64,000 nt of DNA, taken from Octopus bimaculoides. Its lineage: Eukaryota. The number at the start of each line of letters is the position of its first letter. The stretch's first letter is position 1. Below the pieces are notes generated by a model. It was given only the letters and a program-made list of their open reading frames with translations, was not told the origin of the DNA and searched no databases. Made by a program: the position numbers and the translations under genes. The stretch is from contig NC_068983.1 in assembly GCF_001194135.2 (NCBI RefSeq), positions 137,250,945-137,314,944 on the forward strand. The letters run 5' to 3'. Below are positions 1 to 13,869 of the stretch, piece by piece.

Positions 1-1140
1 TATATATATATATATATATATATGCATACATACATGTGTGTGTGTGTGTGTGTGTGAAGGCATGTATAATGTAGATCAGCTGTTCTAATCCTTTTAGCAC
101 CACCGACCGGTTTAGTGCATGATAATTTTCTCACAGACCGGGGGATTGCGCATAGTAAAACACAATAAAGTGCATAATAAATAGCATAAATATTACATAT
201 ATGATACAGATACATGTATAACGCAAAAACACCTGAAGATTGTGAAAGTCAATAAAATAGAAATAAAATAAAATAAATTATTCATTCTGCGTGGCCCGAT
301 ACTGGTCTGCGACAGGTAGTTGAGGACTCCTGATGTAAATAATTCTAATTATATATTTGAAGGCCTTGGCTGTGAAAATTAAAGTGACGTGAAAACGTCC
401 TAATCTTTTAAGTAAACAAGAAATTAATACATACATACATACATATGTGTGTATGTGCGTTTAGTGGGGTGGGGTCATTATTCTAGCGGCTCTTATTCAT
501 TCATCTTTGGTAGGGCATAATATTAAGTACGATGTGTGTGAAGGTGAGAATAACTACACAAATATTTGTATATGTCCCTATATTTTATATTTTTATTACC
601 TCGAACATTTGCATTTATGTACGTACAACAATTATTTGAATACAGCATCGTTCAAAAGATAGGGAATGTGATAGTTTTAAGTCTTCATTGCATAAAATAA
701 TTTAGTTATTTATATGAAAAATTATTTACGGTCATTAAAGACAGAATAAAAAGAAAAAGTAGAACACCTTTTCAGAAAACTGATCAAAGAGTTCTGTGTA
801 GTGCCTAGGGCTGTTCTGTTTTGGAAGTCCAATATTCCAGCTTTTATAACATTCTATCAACGTTCCAGAACTTTCGGCCGGAGTATTTGATGGGGAAAAT
901 TGAAGAAATTTACATTGACGTATACTACTATTTAGCTATATACCAACCAAGTTTAAACGATCGGACCACGTTCCAGTAGGCATTAATGCCTTTTATAGCG
1001 ACACAGTTTGCCCGTTTTTATGTTCAGAGTTCAGATTCTGCCAAGTTGACTTTGCCTTTCATCCTTCGGGGTCAATGAAATAATTCCTATTTGAGNNNNN
1101 NNNNNNNNNNNNNNNNNNNNNNNNNNNNNNNNNNNNNNNN

Positions 1141-1620
1141 AAAGGATTAATATTGACACAAAAAATGCTGAACGTTTACTCCATCTCCTGGAAAATGCTG
1201 CTGCTAACAGAACTTTATGTGAATGAAAACAGGTGAAATCAAGACCATCAAACAGAAGCCCTCGAAAAATGTCAGCAAGTTTACTTACCTAGGCAGCAAT
1301 ATCGTGTCAACTGAAAAAGATATCAAATCTCGTGTTGCTAAGGCTTGGGCAGCTACAGACGGTCTTAGAACAATATGGAAGTCAACCCTACCAGATAAAT
1401 TGAAGAGACAGTTCTTCAGAGCAGGTGTTGAATATGTGCTTGTATATGGATCCCCGACTTGGACTCTCACCAAGAGACTCAGGTGCATGCTGGACGGTGC
1501 CTACACCAGAATGTTGTAGTGCTCAACATCTCTTGGGGGGAGCACCCAACAAAACAACGGTTATATGGGAATGTACCGACTTTCTCATCAAGCATCCAAG
1601 AGCGGAGATGGTGGAAATTC
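1141..1620 (+). mobile_element. RTE-clade LINE fragment (RT C-terminal/thumb region), degenerate
   Basis: ORF 1223-1519 reads KFTYLGSNI...DIKSRVAKAW...VLVYGSPTWTLTKRLRCMLDGAYTRML and continues after a stop/frameshift as VLNISWGEHPTKQRLYG. These are typical RTE C-terminal motifs. Confidence 0.85.
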
Positions 1621-2019
1621 ATCTACTTTTTGACGTGTCGTCAATATGGTATGTCGGTCTCGCCAAAACACAACAAACAGGAATGTACTTCTATTCGGTA
1701 CACTTTGTCTTTTAATATCATTTTTATACCCCATTGCTTCTACAGTCAATCGTTTAGTTCGCCAAAAGTATTTCTAGCAGCCTGTATACGGCAAGCCACC
1801 CTTGCGTCCTGATGTCTTCAGAAATATTACTGCTCAATTATGTAAGCTTTGCCGCACCTAAGAGCTAATTTGCAGTCATGATGGTCGGAGGTTCATATCC
1901 CAGTCCGCCAGGTTAAGGCTGATACAAGGCTTCATTGTTTTTACATTTATTGACCGACCTAAGGTTATTGTAGCACGTTCAAAATATTGAGCAATTTTCT
2001 AGGTATCTATCTGCTAGGA

Positions 2020-3330
2020 TAAGAGCTTCAAGAGCTGAGTCATCAGTAAAGTTCGTGGATACACATATCCCGGTACTTCCTTAAGGATATTTGCCTGGAT
2101 AATTTCAACAACCCACCATCCATTCTTCTGCGGACTTGTGAGTTCGCATGTTTTCACATACGGAACCCTGAAATAACATAAATAGCGTTGAAGCGAGTAC
2201 ATGACCCAAATTAATCTATGGGCGACCAGAAATAAAGCCGAGCTTTAACTCCCAAGAGAGATCGTGACGGACATACAATCATGGAACTGCTTGACTGTCC
2301 ACAAATTTGTCCGGGTATCTTTTTTTTTTTTTTGGAGCAGAGTCCATAAGTCCTCTGTTTCCTAACAGTCGAACGCATTCGTAAATTCGATGAATACATA
2401 AAGTGGAATTCACTGTTCTACAGCCTTCTGAATTTGTCACAAGGTGACATACTGGCATACTGCATACTGGCTTTCAGGAAGAATTTGATTGAATATTTTT
2501 TGCAGTAGCCTTGGCAATATTTTTGCTAGAATTTTCCCTGCGATAATTCCCTTAGTCCTGTCGATCACACTCCCTTTCGTAAATGGTATCTGTCCACCCT
2601 TGAACTGTCGCGGGAAGTTATTATATTGTCAATAGTCTTTGTAGAATTGGAGAAGTCTGTAGCGCAGTACTTCCTCCTCACCTAGATTTTCATGGGTAAA
2701 TTGTTTACACCAGGATCTTTACCTCGGTTTTTCTCTTAGATGGTATTTATGAGCTTCTCCATTTCCAGCGACAACTCCTAACGAAAGTTTTTAGAGTTTT
2801 GCAAGAAATTGTTGAATGTCGGTTCAATAATTCCCTGATATTTTCCTACCAAGTACTTCATGATATCACTTTTATTGGTGCAATGTGAACCATCTTTACT
2901 CTTCATTGATGCTTATCACCTCTTTCTAGACCGTAATCTCACTCAGACTAGTGAAAGATACTTCACATTCTGAAAATCAAGCAAGAGACTATATTTTATT
3001 CGCCTTCTGGTCCCACCATCGATCTTTCAACAGTTGAACTTTTTTTTGGAGCAAGGTATTCGCGTCTTTGAGTCAGCTAGTACCTCCTCCATTTAGAACA
3101 GCTAAGTGCTACTTTCGTCTTTCAGATAACAGCTGTTCCTTCTTCACATCATTTTCATCAAATTTGGGAAAGTCGACCGAGGCAACTGCTATCTCGTAGA
3201 CTGTCTCACGCAACTGCACCCAGCAAGCATCGACTTCTGCAGTGTCAACTGGTGCAGTATCAGGTAACAATTTTTTATTTGTTAATATCTTTTATTTGTT
3301 GCAAGTGTATGTCACACTTCAGGATTTTTT
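2020..3330 (-). mobile_element. RTE (BovB-like) LINE reverse-transcriptase relic
   Basis: Manual minus-strand translation gives RT-like blocks with many frameshifts: FDEND linker, IAGKILAKIL..RLL..ILPESQ, VFIEFTNAFD, VLASTLF and ELY.DDSAL. Confidence 0.75.
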
Positions 3331-3426
3331 GTTTGCAGACATCCGGTGTTTTCTGGCATAACTCTATCAACTTCCTTGCACTTCAGTCTCTCTCCCTCTT
3401 TCCCTTTGTCTCCTCTCACTCACTCA

Positions 3427-3498
<72 letters not shown>

Positions 3499-4153
3499 NN
3501 NNNNNNNNNNNNNNNNNNNNNNNNNNNNNNNNNNNNNNNNNNNNNNNNNNNNNNNNNNNNNNNNNNNNNNNNNNNNNNNNNNNNNNNNNNNNNNNNNNNN
3601 NNNNNNNNNNNNNNNNNNNNNNNNNNNNNNNNNNNNNNNNNNNNNNNNNNNNNNNNNNNNNNNNNNNNNNNNNNNNNNNNNNNNNNNNNNNNNNNNNNNN
3701 NNNNNNNNNNNNNNNNNNNNNNNNNNNNNNNNNNNNNNNNNNNNNNNNNNNNNNNNNNNNNNNNNNNNNNNNNNNNNNNNNNNNNNNNNNNNNNNNNNNN
3801 NNNNNNNNNNNNNNNNNNNNNNNNNNNNNNNNNNNNNNNNNNNNNNNNNNNNNNNNNNNNNNNNNNNNNNNNNNNNNNNNNNNNNNNNNNNNNNNNNNNN
3901 NNNNNNNNNNNNNNNNNNNNNNNNNNNNNNNNNNNNNNNNNNNNNNNNNNNNNNNNNNNNNNNNNNNNNNNNNNNNNNNNNNNNNNNNNNNNNNNNNNNN
4001 NNNNNNNNNNNNNNNNNNNNNNNNNNNNNNNNNNNNNNNNNNNNNNNNNNNNNNNNNNNNNNNNNNNNNNNNNNNNNNNNNNNNNNNNNNNNNNNNNNNN
4101 NNNNNNNNNNNNNNNNNNNNNNNNNNNNNNNNNNNNNNNNNNNNNNNNNNNNN

Positions 4154-4362
4154 NGAATTACAGGCACAACAGAAACAGGAAGTAAGAGTGAGAGAAAGTT
4201 GTGGTGAAAGAGTACAGCAGGGTTCGCCACCATCCCCTGCCGGAACCTTGTGGAGCTTTAAGTGTTTTCGCTCAATAAACACTCACAATGCCCGGTCTGG
4301 GAATCGAAACCGCGATCCTATAACCGCGAGTCCGCCGCCCTAACCACTGGGCCATTGCGCCT

Positions 4363-4366
<4 letters not shown>
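4154..4366 (-). mobile_element. tRNA-headed SINE (family C), 3' part lost in gap
   Basis: The reverse complement starts gtggaggcgcaatggcccagtggttagggcgg...ggtttcgattcccagacc (A- and B-box-like). It is about 90% similar to the copy at 5755. Confidence 0.85.
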
Positions 4367-4433
<67 letters not shown>

Positions 4434-4829
4434 ACTTCGAAATCACTGTCAACCTGTTCCTTGTAAATTTAAGTATAATGAAAATGTACTCTACTAAAAA
4501 GTATTGAATATTCCTTCACTTTAACGTTAAATTGTGCTCCATCATGGCCACAGCCTTAGGGCTGAAACGTATAATAGAAAAGAATATATTACTTGACATT
4601 TATATACACGCATGCATACGCATACGCACACATGCGTACATACACATATACACACATGCATACATATACATACTCTCACACACACGCACGCACATACACA
4701 CACATACGCACACACACACACACACATATATGCATATATCTATATATCATCATCATCATTTAACGTTCGCATGCGCGTGAGTGTGTGTATATGTATGCAT
4801 ATTTACATGCATGTAAGTAGATAGGTATG

Positions 4830-4911
<82 letters not shown>

Positions 4912-5117
4912 GAAAGAAAGAAAGAAAGAAAGAAAGAAACAAACAAAGAAAGAAATAAAGAGAGATTTTTTCAAAAATTTAGATTAAGAAAAGATTAGAC
5001 TAAGATTAAGAGAGTAGAACGGTACTAACCTTTAGGAAGAAATTTCACAAATTGTGTGTAGGCTTTAATAATGTGCAAGCGTTTTCAGTACTCAACGTTA
5101 TCAAGCACGTGTTATGG

Positions 5118-5151
<34 letters not shown>

Positions 5152-5754
5152 NNNNNNNNNNNNNNNNNNNNNNNNNNNNNNNNNNNNNNNNNNNNNNNNN
5201 NNNNNNNNNNNNNNNNNNNNNNNNNNNNNNNNNNNNNNNNNNNNNNNNNNNNNNNNNNNNNNNNNNNNNNNNNNNNNNNNNNNNNNNNNNNNNNNNNNNN
5301 NNNNNNNNNNNNNNNNNNNNNNNNNNNNNNNNNNNNNNNNNNNNNNNNNNNNNNNNNNNNNNNNNNNNNNNNNNNNNNNNNNNNNNNNNNNNNNNNNNNN
5401 NNNNNNNNNNNNNNNNNNNNNNNNNNNNNNNNNNNNNNNNNNNNNNNNNNNNNNNNNNNNNNNNNNNNNNNNNNNNNNNNNNNNNNNNNNNNNNNNNNNN
5501 NNNNNNNNNNNNNNNNNNNNNNNNNNNNNNNNNNNNNNNNNNNNNNNNNNNNNNNNNNNNNNNNNNNNNNNNNNNNNNNNNNNNNNNNNNNNNNNNNNNN
5601 NNNNNNNNNNNNNNNNNNNNNNNNNNNNNNNNNNNNNNNNNNNNNNNNNNNNNNNNNNNNNNNNNNATTAAGTTAATAATTACTTCTTTGTTTATTCAGA
5701 TAGTATATACACAGTCTCAGTAAAATTGTATTTATAATGGTAATATAATAATCA

Positions 5755-6110
5755 CAGAAGGCCCAATGGCGGTTATAGGATCGCGGTTTCGATTCCCAGA
5801 CCGGGCGTTGTGAGTGTTTATTGAGCGAAAACACATAAAAGCTCCATGAGGCTCCGGCAGGGGATGGTGGCGAACCCTGCTGTACTCTTCCACCACAACT
5901 TTCTCTCACTCTTATTTCCTGTTTCTGTTGTCCCTGTAATTCAAAGGGTCAGCCTTGTCACACTGTATCACGCTGAATATCCGCGAGAACTGCGTTAAGG
6001 GTACACGTGTCTGTGGAGTGCTCAGCCACTCGCACGTTAATTTCACGAGCAGGCTGTTCCGTTGATCGAATCAACTGGAACCCTCGACGTCGTGGTGCCA
6101 ACAACAATAA
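5755..6110 (+). mobile_element. tRNA-headed SINE (family C)
   Basis: Has the B-box ggtttcgattcc, a body matching 4154-4366 in the opposite orientation, a 3' module (cagccttgtcaca...gttgatc.aatcaactggaaccctc) shared with 56230-56522, and a caa/taa tail. Confidence 0.85.
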
Positions 6111-6329
6111 TAATCACAAGAATGGTCTTTAACAGATACATAATCCTATAAATTGAAAGTGGAGAAACAGTTAATTACATCGACTCTAGTTCTTTATTGC
6201 AAAAACACATTTGTAAATCAGTGGTATATTAGATCCAGTCGACATCCTTTACATCTGTTCCAATTCAAGACTTTCAGAAAATTAATTGATAAAATTAAAA
6301 ATTATTTGGAAGTCGAATCTCGTCAGAGG

Positions 6330-6945
6330 TAGTTTAAGATATACAAAATAGGTGTTCAATTCCTGTATGTTGAGTAAACGGCTGCAAACCGTTAACTGAT
6401 AAAATTTAAGCATAAAGAACATAGTATAAAACGTGGTATAGACCTTAGAAAGGGGAAGAAAGTAGTGTATATTGGAGTGTATACACATATCCCACCATAT
6501 ACTCAGAAGATTTCCTTGGATGCATGCCGCATCTGGGCTGCTGAGCAAGCTCTTCACCATGACTGAGCCACTGATGTTTTCGCTTAACATTATGGTAAAG
6601 TATCCATTTTTTAAACTCCAGTAATGACTCTATTCAAAAAAGGCATTTGCAATTCACGCCGAGACGAGATCGTAATGATGCACAGTAATCAATACGTTAT
6701 TTGTGATTATCTGCAGAGAAATCATGCGTGACCCATTTTCCAACCTTTGACACTTTACCAGGCCTTTTCAATTCACGATGAATGGTGGTATAACTCATAT
6801 TGAAGCCCTTGCTTAGTTCCCGAACTGTAACAGCAGATATGCTTCGACAGTGGCTTCCACCACATCAGAATCCAACCATCTTGAGCGCCCTTCGGATCTT
6901 TTCTGTATGGCTGCCAGCGTCAGTTTCTGTTCGAATTGATTTTAT
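6330..6945 (-). mobile_element. mariner (DD34D-type) transposase relic
   Basis: Minus translation: GRSRWLDSDVVEATVE...TVRELSKGFNMSYTTIHRELK...KWVTHDF (WVPHEL-like)...FLNRVITG..KW.LYHNVKRKHQWL...HPRK.LLSIWWD. Confidence 0.85.
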
Positions 6946-7899
6946 ATTCAGTGTAATGATACACTTTTATAGGTTAATGAATGCCATGAAAATCATTTTC
7001 GCTATAAATCAATAAATAAAAAGTTATTAGCTATTAAAGTTTGAAAATTTTGAGTAATTTTAGCCAATTGTAAGCCACAGACACATTCATGTCCGTTTCC
7101 ATAATAACAAGCGGAACGAGAGAACTCTTTTGTCTGCGAGAAAGCACGTGTTGACAAATATATTGAAACCACTTGTTGACACTGTGTTCTACAGTTTTAT
7201 CTGTCTGGAAATTTTACATATCTGTTGACAATTGAGCATGTGAATGTATGTGACGCAGGAGATATGAAAATTGTGATCGGTTCGAGAAATTGATTGAATG
7301 CATTTCTAATTTTCGTTCCCAAAATGTTTTTTTAATATTTAATTTGTAATGTGCTATTTTGTTTTTAGATAAATCTTTTAAGTTCGTGCTCTAAGTTTCT
7401 TATTTTGAGAAATATTTAATTTATAATGTGCTGTATTAAATGCATATTAAATGCTTAAAACTACAAAAGATATGCTGTTTACTCGTTTCTTTTTGTCATT
7501 GAGGTATGCTAAAAATAACACCTAAATAATGTTTTTAGATAAATCGTGTTATCGCATTAAATATATATTGAATGCTTAAAACTACAAAAAACGTGTTGTT
7601 TACTCATTTTCATCGTGTAGAATACAAATATTGACAACACGTGCTATTTTCAGGATGTTAACAAAATGTACAGTTATGCACAAGATGACAGCTTCCAAAT
7701 CCTGTTTCCTGACTGGTTGGAAAATGATCAAACTTTAAACATCTATAACTTTATTTTATTTATTTTATTTATTTATTTTTTTTTTGAAGTTTTAGTAAAA
7801 GTGAAATAACTCCAGCAGTTCAGCTTCGAAAACTAGATTAATCCGCCAAATTTTAAAATTTTCGATAAACTTTAATTTTTGAAATGCAGGCAGCCAAAC

Positions 7900-8125
7900 A
7901 GAAGAGATCTCGCTTTCTCTTGATTCATCCTGCAGGCTGTAGTTCCCATTTCTGAATCGTTAAAATAATCTTTTGCATATCCTTTCAGTCACTACACAAT
8001 CACCACAAGTGTTTTGGAGTGATTTTGCTGCTACTTTTGTACTATTCCCATTTTGAAATTCGTAAAGAATAACGTGATGAATATCTTCTTTGCTCGGAGT
8101 CAACACGTGGCCAATACAACTTCCA
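7900..8125 (-). mobile_element. second mariner transposase N-terminal HTH fragment
   Basis: Minus translation: SKEDIHHVILYEFQNGNSTKVAAKSLQNTCGDCVVTERICKRLF*RFRNGNYSLQDESR. Confidence 0.8.
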
Positions 8126-8589
8126 TTATTATAAAATTAGGAAAATCTGAAAGAAAATAATATATTAAGGATTTCGACGTATTTCAAATGGAATTGAGAA
8201 GTTTAACACCTTTAAATCTAACTAGATATTTACTTAAAACAAAATGGACAGAACTTTCGTTACAATCTGATACACACACACACACACACATCTACCGTAT
8301 ATCTTTGTTTCCGCACAAAAACGTGCTCAATGTACATAGGTACGTGTAGAGTCAGTTACAATTGTGTTACATACTTGTCTTGGTTCTCTACCACCCTCTT
8401 TCTCTGTATGTACACACGCACACACACAAATGTGGATGAGTCATTAACTATCCGCAATGTACTTACAATTGCTTTCTTATTAGCGGCAAAATTAGTTGGG
8501 TGTGTACCACTCCACGCAGACCACTATTCACTGCAATGCAGATTTGAACTTCAAAACGTCAAGTTGTATGGCAGATAATGACTTACCTT

Positions 8590-8639
<50 letters not shown>

Positions 8640-9599
8640 CGCGCGCGTGTGTGTAAAAACGTCCAAAGTTGGATAAGAGTGAGTTTACGAAACATTCTAA
8701 AATATATGTGCGACGTCAAACTATATTTTTCTTCTTTCAGCCTTTTAAAATTTAATCCCCCCCCTCTCTCTCTCTCTCTCTCACACACACATTTACTCAC
8801 TCACTCCGAAATAATAATGGAATAGAGAGAGACAGACATGAAGAGAGAAAGATAAAGGGAAAAAGAGAGAGAAAGGTAAAGGGAAAGAGGGAGTGAAATT
8901 GAGAGAAAGAGAAGGGGAGAAGATAATCGCATCAGAATGTTTACATATTTTATCATTATCTCCAGTGGCAGCCTTTTTAAAGCAGTCGCTAGATTTCGTA
9001 AATTTTTTTTATCAATTTCGTAAATTCCATTTGTGAAAGAAAACATATAAATTTTTATCTCGACCTTCCATCTTCCACTGATAAAACACACGCACGTGCG
9101 CATACACATACACACACACACACACTTACACATATACATACATACGTTTGTATGTACGAAGGACTCCTTTTAGCGATATCTAAACAACTATAGGTCCTCT
9201 TTTAAGATCTCAGAGAGGCACAGCGTTACATCTTTGGCCAGCTACGTATGAAAAAGAAGGTACGCCAAGCTCCTGGGACAACCTGGACAATTCTTCAATC
9301 GGAACAGAATATGCAAACTTTGCTTGGCCAGGAAGGTAAGGATACTAAAGAATTCGCTAGATCCAGGGGCCTTCTTAAACTCCAAAAGAGAGACGTATCG
9401 TCGGTACCCTCACTAGAGGAAATTCATGCTGGAGTCATTGAATTCCCGATTGTTGACTACCGAACGGGAATCGTGCATATACTGACCCTTTTCGGGCACA
9501 ATTGGAACCGGTGAAAGGAGATAGCTCCAACTCGCCCAAATGGAATGTCGCTTATTAGAACTTTGTTTCGAGAATTTCGTTCACAATATTTGACTGGCT

Positions 9600-10295
9600 A
9601 AAACTGTATTCCTTCTTCCAGTAGTAGAGAGGTCATGTGCCTCTGGCCAGTAGGTCTGACGAGTCACCTATATCGCTAAGAGCATAACAGGTGCGAAATC
9701 GAGAATGGAAAAAAATTTCGCAAGCACCTGACATACCGGAAAAAATGGTGTAGGTTGATGGTATAGGGAAAAAATAAGTGTCAATATGTGCATTTAAATG
9801 AGCCTTGTAATCGACACTCATGCGAAGAGATCAATCCTTTTTTTCTCAGCCATGCCACAAGTGAGGCACATCTGACTCCAGAGTAATCCGACGGTGTGAT
9901 AATACCCTTCATTTCCAGCCTCTTCAATTCTTCTTTAACTTCTTTTTCCAAATGTACTGGAACGCGTCTCGCTGAACTCATTACGCTATATCTCGCATCA
10001 GAGCAGTTAACTTGGGTCACAAAACCTTTAACCTCTGGGAACGCATTTATGTTCAAATTGAAACAAAACGAACTGTCTTTAATAATATCCTTTCCAATCA
10101 GTCCAAAAGAGTACGGACTGTTACCACAATGAATTTTCGTGACTCGTCGGTGTTGTTGAGATTAAATGTCACTCGGGTAGATCCAACAACCGTTAGATCT
10201 GAACCGTCAAAAGTGCTTAATCTATTCGATTGGAATACCTAACTGAAGCAAATGATAACGGGACAATCGAACGAGCTGCTCCAGTATCCACTTTC
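9600..10295 (-). mobile_element. Ty3/Gypsy pol relic (aspartic protease + start of RT)
   Basis: Protease motif MKVDTGAARSIVP at about 10260-10296 (minus). ORF-track peptides ARRVPVHLEKEVKEELKRLEMKGIITP and VDYKAHLNAHIDTYFFPIPSTYTIF are typical Gypsy RT start motifs. Confidence 0.85.
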
Positions 10296-11279
10296 ATATC
10301 TGTAAGGGATGACCGTGCGAACTCATAAAAGGAGATATGGTGACGAATGGAAAAACAGGACTCCTTTTATTTAAACGTGTCACACGGTCGAACATACAAA
10401 TGTATATATCAAAGATATACATGATGTTATGCTACGATAACATAGATGACCAGTAATGAAAGACCACAACCGTATTAGATGAATAACAGAGATATTTATT
10501 GTAGCGTTAAAGATGTATGTCTGTGTGAGAGTGTGAATGCGACATATAAGAACATAATCAAAGACAGGCCGTCATACAAAGAAAAATATGTATGTGTATG
10601 TGTATTATTACAGCAGATAGAAAGAGAGTCAATAACACGTGGACAATTATACCAGATCTTGGGTACANNNNNNNNNNNNNNNNNNNNNNNNNNNNNNNNN
10701 NNNNNNNNNNNNNNNNNNNNNNNNNNNNNNNNNNNNNNNNNNNNNNNNNNNNNNNNNNNNNNNNNNNNNNNNNNNNNNNNNNNNNNNNNNNNNNNNNNNN
10801 NNNNNNNNNNNNNNNNNNNNNNNNNNNNNNNNNNNNNNNNNNNNNNNNNNNNNNNNNNNNNNNNNNNNNNNNNNNNNNNNNNNNNNNNNNNNNNNNNNNN
10901 NNNNNNNNNNNNNNNNNNNNNNNNNNNNNNNNNNNNNNNNNNNNNNNNNNNNNNNNNNNNNNNNNNNNNNNNNNNNNNNNNNNNNNNNNNNNNNNNNNNN
11001 NNNNNNNNNNNNNNNNNNNNNNNNNNNNNNNNNNNNNNNNNNNNNNNNNNNNNNNNNNNNNNNNNNNNNNNNNNNNNNNNNNNNNNNNNNNNNNNNNNNN
11101 NNNNNNNNNNNNNNNNNNNNNNNNNNNNNNNNNNNNNNNNNNNNNNNNNNNNNNNNNNNNNNNNNNNNNNNNNNNNNNNNNNNNNNNNNNNNNNNNNNNN
11201 NNNNNNNNNNNNCCGAGACAAATTTGGCTGCCGAGTTAAAGCTATTTATAACAAATTATTGGCTCACCAAATGGTAGAA

Positions 11280-11490
11280 ATATACTCTATCACGTGACCT
11301 TATTAGGGGCCGTGATTGGTCAGTTTGCGTTCTGGCGGGAAAGGTTCGAAGAAGTTGCCGATTCGAATAATGATCAGTCACGTGATGGACAAGGAATGGG
11401 TTCTCTACTACGCTCGCATTTATTTATATTTAAATGAGAAGATTGTATGTAATGGCGATAGTAGTTTGTATCTAATGGCGGGAGGTAGTT
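11280..11490. promoter_or_regulatory. CpG-rich cluster of promoter-type motifs
   Basis: Two TCACGTGA, GATTGG (CCAAT), TGGCGGGAAA (E2F-like) and two AATGGCG (YY1-like) within about 200 bp. Motif match only. Confidence 0.35.
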
Positions 11491-11559
11491 TCACTACATA
11501 TCTATGTTTCTATTATTTATAAAGCACTTGCAAAAACCCATGTTATATGCACTCTCATT

Positions 11560-12500
11560 GTTGTTCACGTTTAGCAACAAACTGTCGATAGATCCAGTTT
11601 CGCTCGGAGATACATATATGTTGTCCACACAGCGATCATTTCTAGATCGGCAAAATCCACACTTACCACACTTATTACAATTTTTCTCATATGCTGGACA
11701 TGCACGAGCTTTGTGTATACGCCCAGTTTCGACATTTCACTACAACGTCACAACTGCTACTGGAGGTATTCTTGTTGACATTAAAGTTTGTTATTGTTTG
11801 TCAACTACTCACAAACAGCGTTTCCGATTCTAAGGTGGATGCGAGGGCACCTATTTTAATGTATTTCATTTTAGAATGACATCGTAACAGATCCAAAATT
11901 TTAAACTTTACCTCTGTCGACGATAATCCCGCGGGATTTTCTTTCAACCTATTCAAATGGCAGAAGGAAGCTTGAGAATTAATCCTAAGTAGGAAGTCGT
12001 TGATTGACTCATTTTCGAGTTACTTCAGTTCCAATAATATTAATCTGTACGCAATTAACAGTCTCTCCCTGGGCTTTATTAGTTGTTGCAACGCATTCAT
12101 TATTTGTTAGTATGTTGCATTCTGAAGGCTTACCGGAAAAAGAACGTCTTTTAACAACTTCATTATGGCTTCAACTCCACAAGTAGAAAAAAATGTTGAC
12201 TTCTCCTTGACATCTTCAACGTCATCGCATTCAATTTTTGCTTCGAACTGCATCAGCTAGACATTAGCTTATTCCAAGTTGTTTAAGTTTAAATGTTTTC
12301 CGGTTGTCATCCTCGATGCCATGTGTTGTGTTTCACTTTCATAGGACAAATGTTGAATGTTCATAACTGCAAATTACACAATTCACTTTTCGAGAACCAT
12401 GCTGTACCGTCCCTAGTAGCGTTCTCCTCGCGTGATTTCCATGTGGTTGCACGAGACTTCCTTTGAGAGTTCTATATACATATCAGGATACCAAATCAGC
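11560..12500 (-). mobile_element. Ty3/Gypsy gag relic of the same element
   Basis: Minus translation shows LENESINDFLLRINSQASFC and a degenerate double zinc knuckle (H.ARACPAYEKNCNKCGKCG.FCRS at about 11640-11730). Strand and order are correct relative to pol at 9600-10295. Confidence 0.7.
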
Positions 12501-12559
12501 AACTCAATGCAACTATCACAATATTCCTTCAGAAAGTATGTATTATTGTATTCGTGAGC

Positions 12560-13245
12560 GATAGTTATTTTTCCGTCGCAGACACCAGAAGTGGTCTCAA
12601 GAAATTATTAAATACCATCTCTTTTTATACGTTTATCATTCTTTTTTTAAAAATAACGCCTTATTGGTTTCTTGGTGCAGCAAGAAACAACAGAACTTTA
12701 TATTTACTTAGGAAGTGGTTGCAGCAGTGTAGCATAAAATACCTAAATTGTAACAAATCAAGAGAACTTGTGATGATTTAGAACAATTTGATATTCTACT
12801 TTATTTCCAAAGAGAATTGAAAGTTGATAAACTTCTAATTCACTTTGGAAATAAAAAAGTGAAGTCTGAAATTGTTTTAACACCAAGAGTATTCATGATT
12901 TTAAGCACTCATGGCATCTGCTACTTTTCCTTCGGTGTATGTTATCGAAGGTGAATTTACTGAATGTTTAATTTCAATCTCAACATTAAAAGTTACATTT
13001 TCTATATTTAATGATATCATCAGAATACGAAAATCTCTTGAGTTTCTATTTGCAACTTAATTAATGAATAGCATTAAATTATCAGAAACTGATCCAAGCA
13101 ATGAAAGCAACTACAAAAACATTAATGATGTTTACCTCGGAGGAAAGGCAACAGCACATTTACTTAATGAATCTTTTGATGATGAAATCAGTGTTAGATT
13201 TAAAACTGATTGTTTGAAATTCCTCGTAAAAATTTGTGTGTATGT
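12560..13245 (+). mobile_element. probable hAT-type transposase fragment
   Basis: ORF 13064 reads ETDPSNESNYKNINDVYLGGKATAHLL...RFKTDCLKFLVKIC, resembling the DP...IYLG...F...CL.F region of hAT-like transposases (from memory). Confidence 0.45.
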
Positions 13246-13376
13246 ATGAATAGGCAGATAGATATTATATAATGTAAGATATANNNNNNNNNNNNNNNNN
13301 NNNNNNNNNNNNNNNNNNNNNNNNNNNNNNNNNNNNNNNNNNNNNNNNNNNNNNNNNNNNNNNNNNNNNATATATA

Positions 13377-13446
<70 letters not shown>

Positions 13447-13474
13447 CATATATATACACACACACACATATATA

Positions 13475-13509
<35 letters not shown>

Positions 13510-13869
13510 AGAGAGAGATTATACAATGTAATTATATATATTATAATGTAACCTAGTCTGTGTGTCAGTGTGTGTATGTGTGTGCGCGTGTGTGTACACG
13601 TATGTAGTGTTGGTGTGTATACGTCTGTATGTATGTATGTATGTATGTATGTATGTATGTATGTATGTATGTACAAGTAAATAGACTCTAAAGAGACTGG
13701 TATCGGTCTGCGTCGGCAAAATTTGTATTGTATAGTGAAATCGACAAAAAGCGTGCAGCGAACTGTAGTATTTTTCGTGAAAACTCTGACGTTTCGGACA
13801 GAATCCTTCTTCATCTTCAGGGAAAAGTTGGCTGGAGTAAAATCAAAGACAGACAGCAGAATTGATTGC

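Noticed and set aside
4310-4366. tRNA genes at SINE heads (also 40440 and 56450)
   Set aside because: A/B boxes are present but the sequence continues into SINE bodies and there is no full cloverleaf.
3252-5723. Long ORFs in the track (also at 10479-11297, 35882-36722 and 48756-49273)
   Set aside because: They are artefacts of N runs and microsatellites.
12799-12856. 56-nt hairpin as a miRNA candidate
   Set aside because: It is very AT-rich, lies within a probable hAT relic and has no further support.
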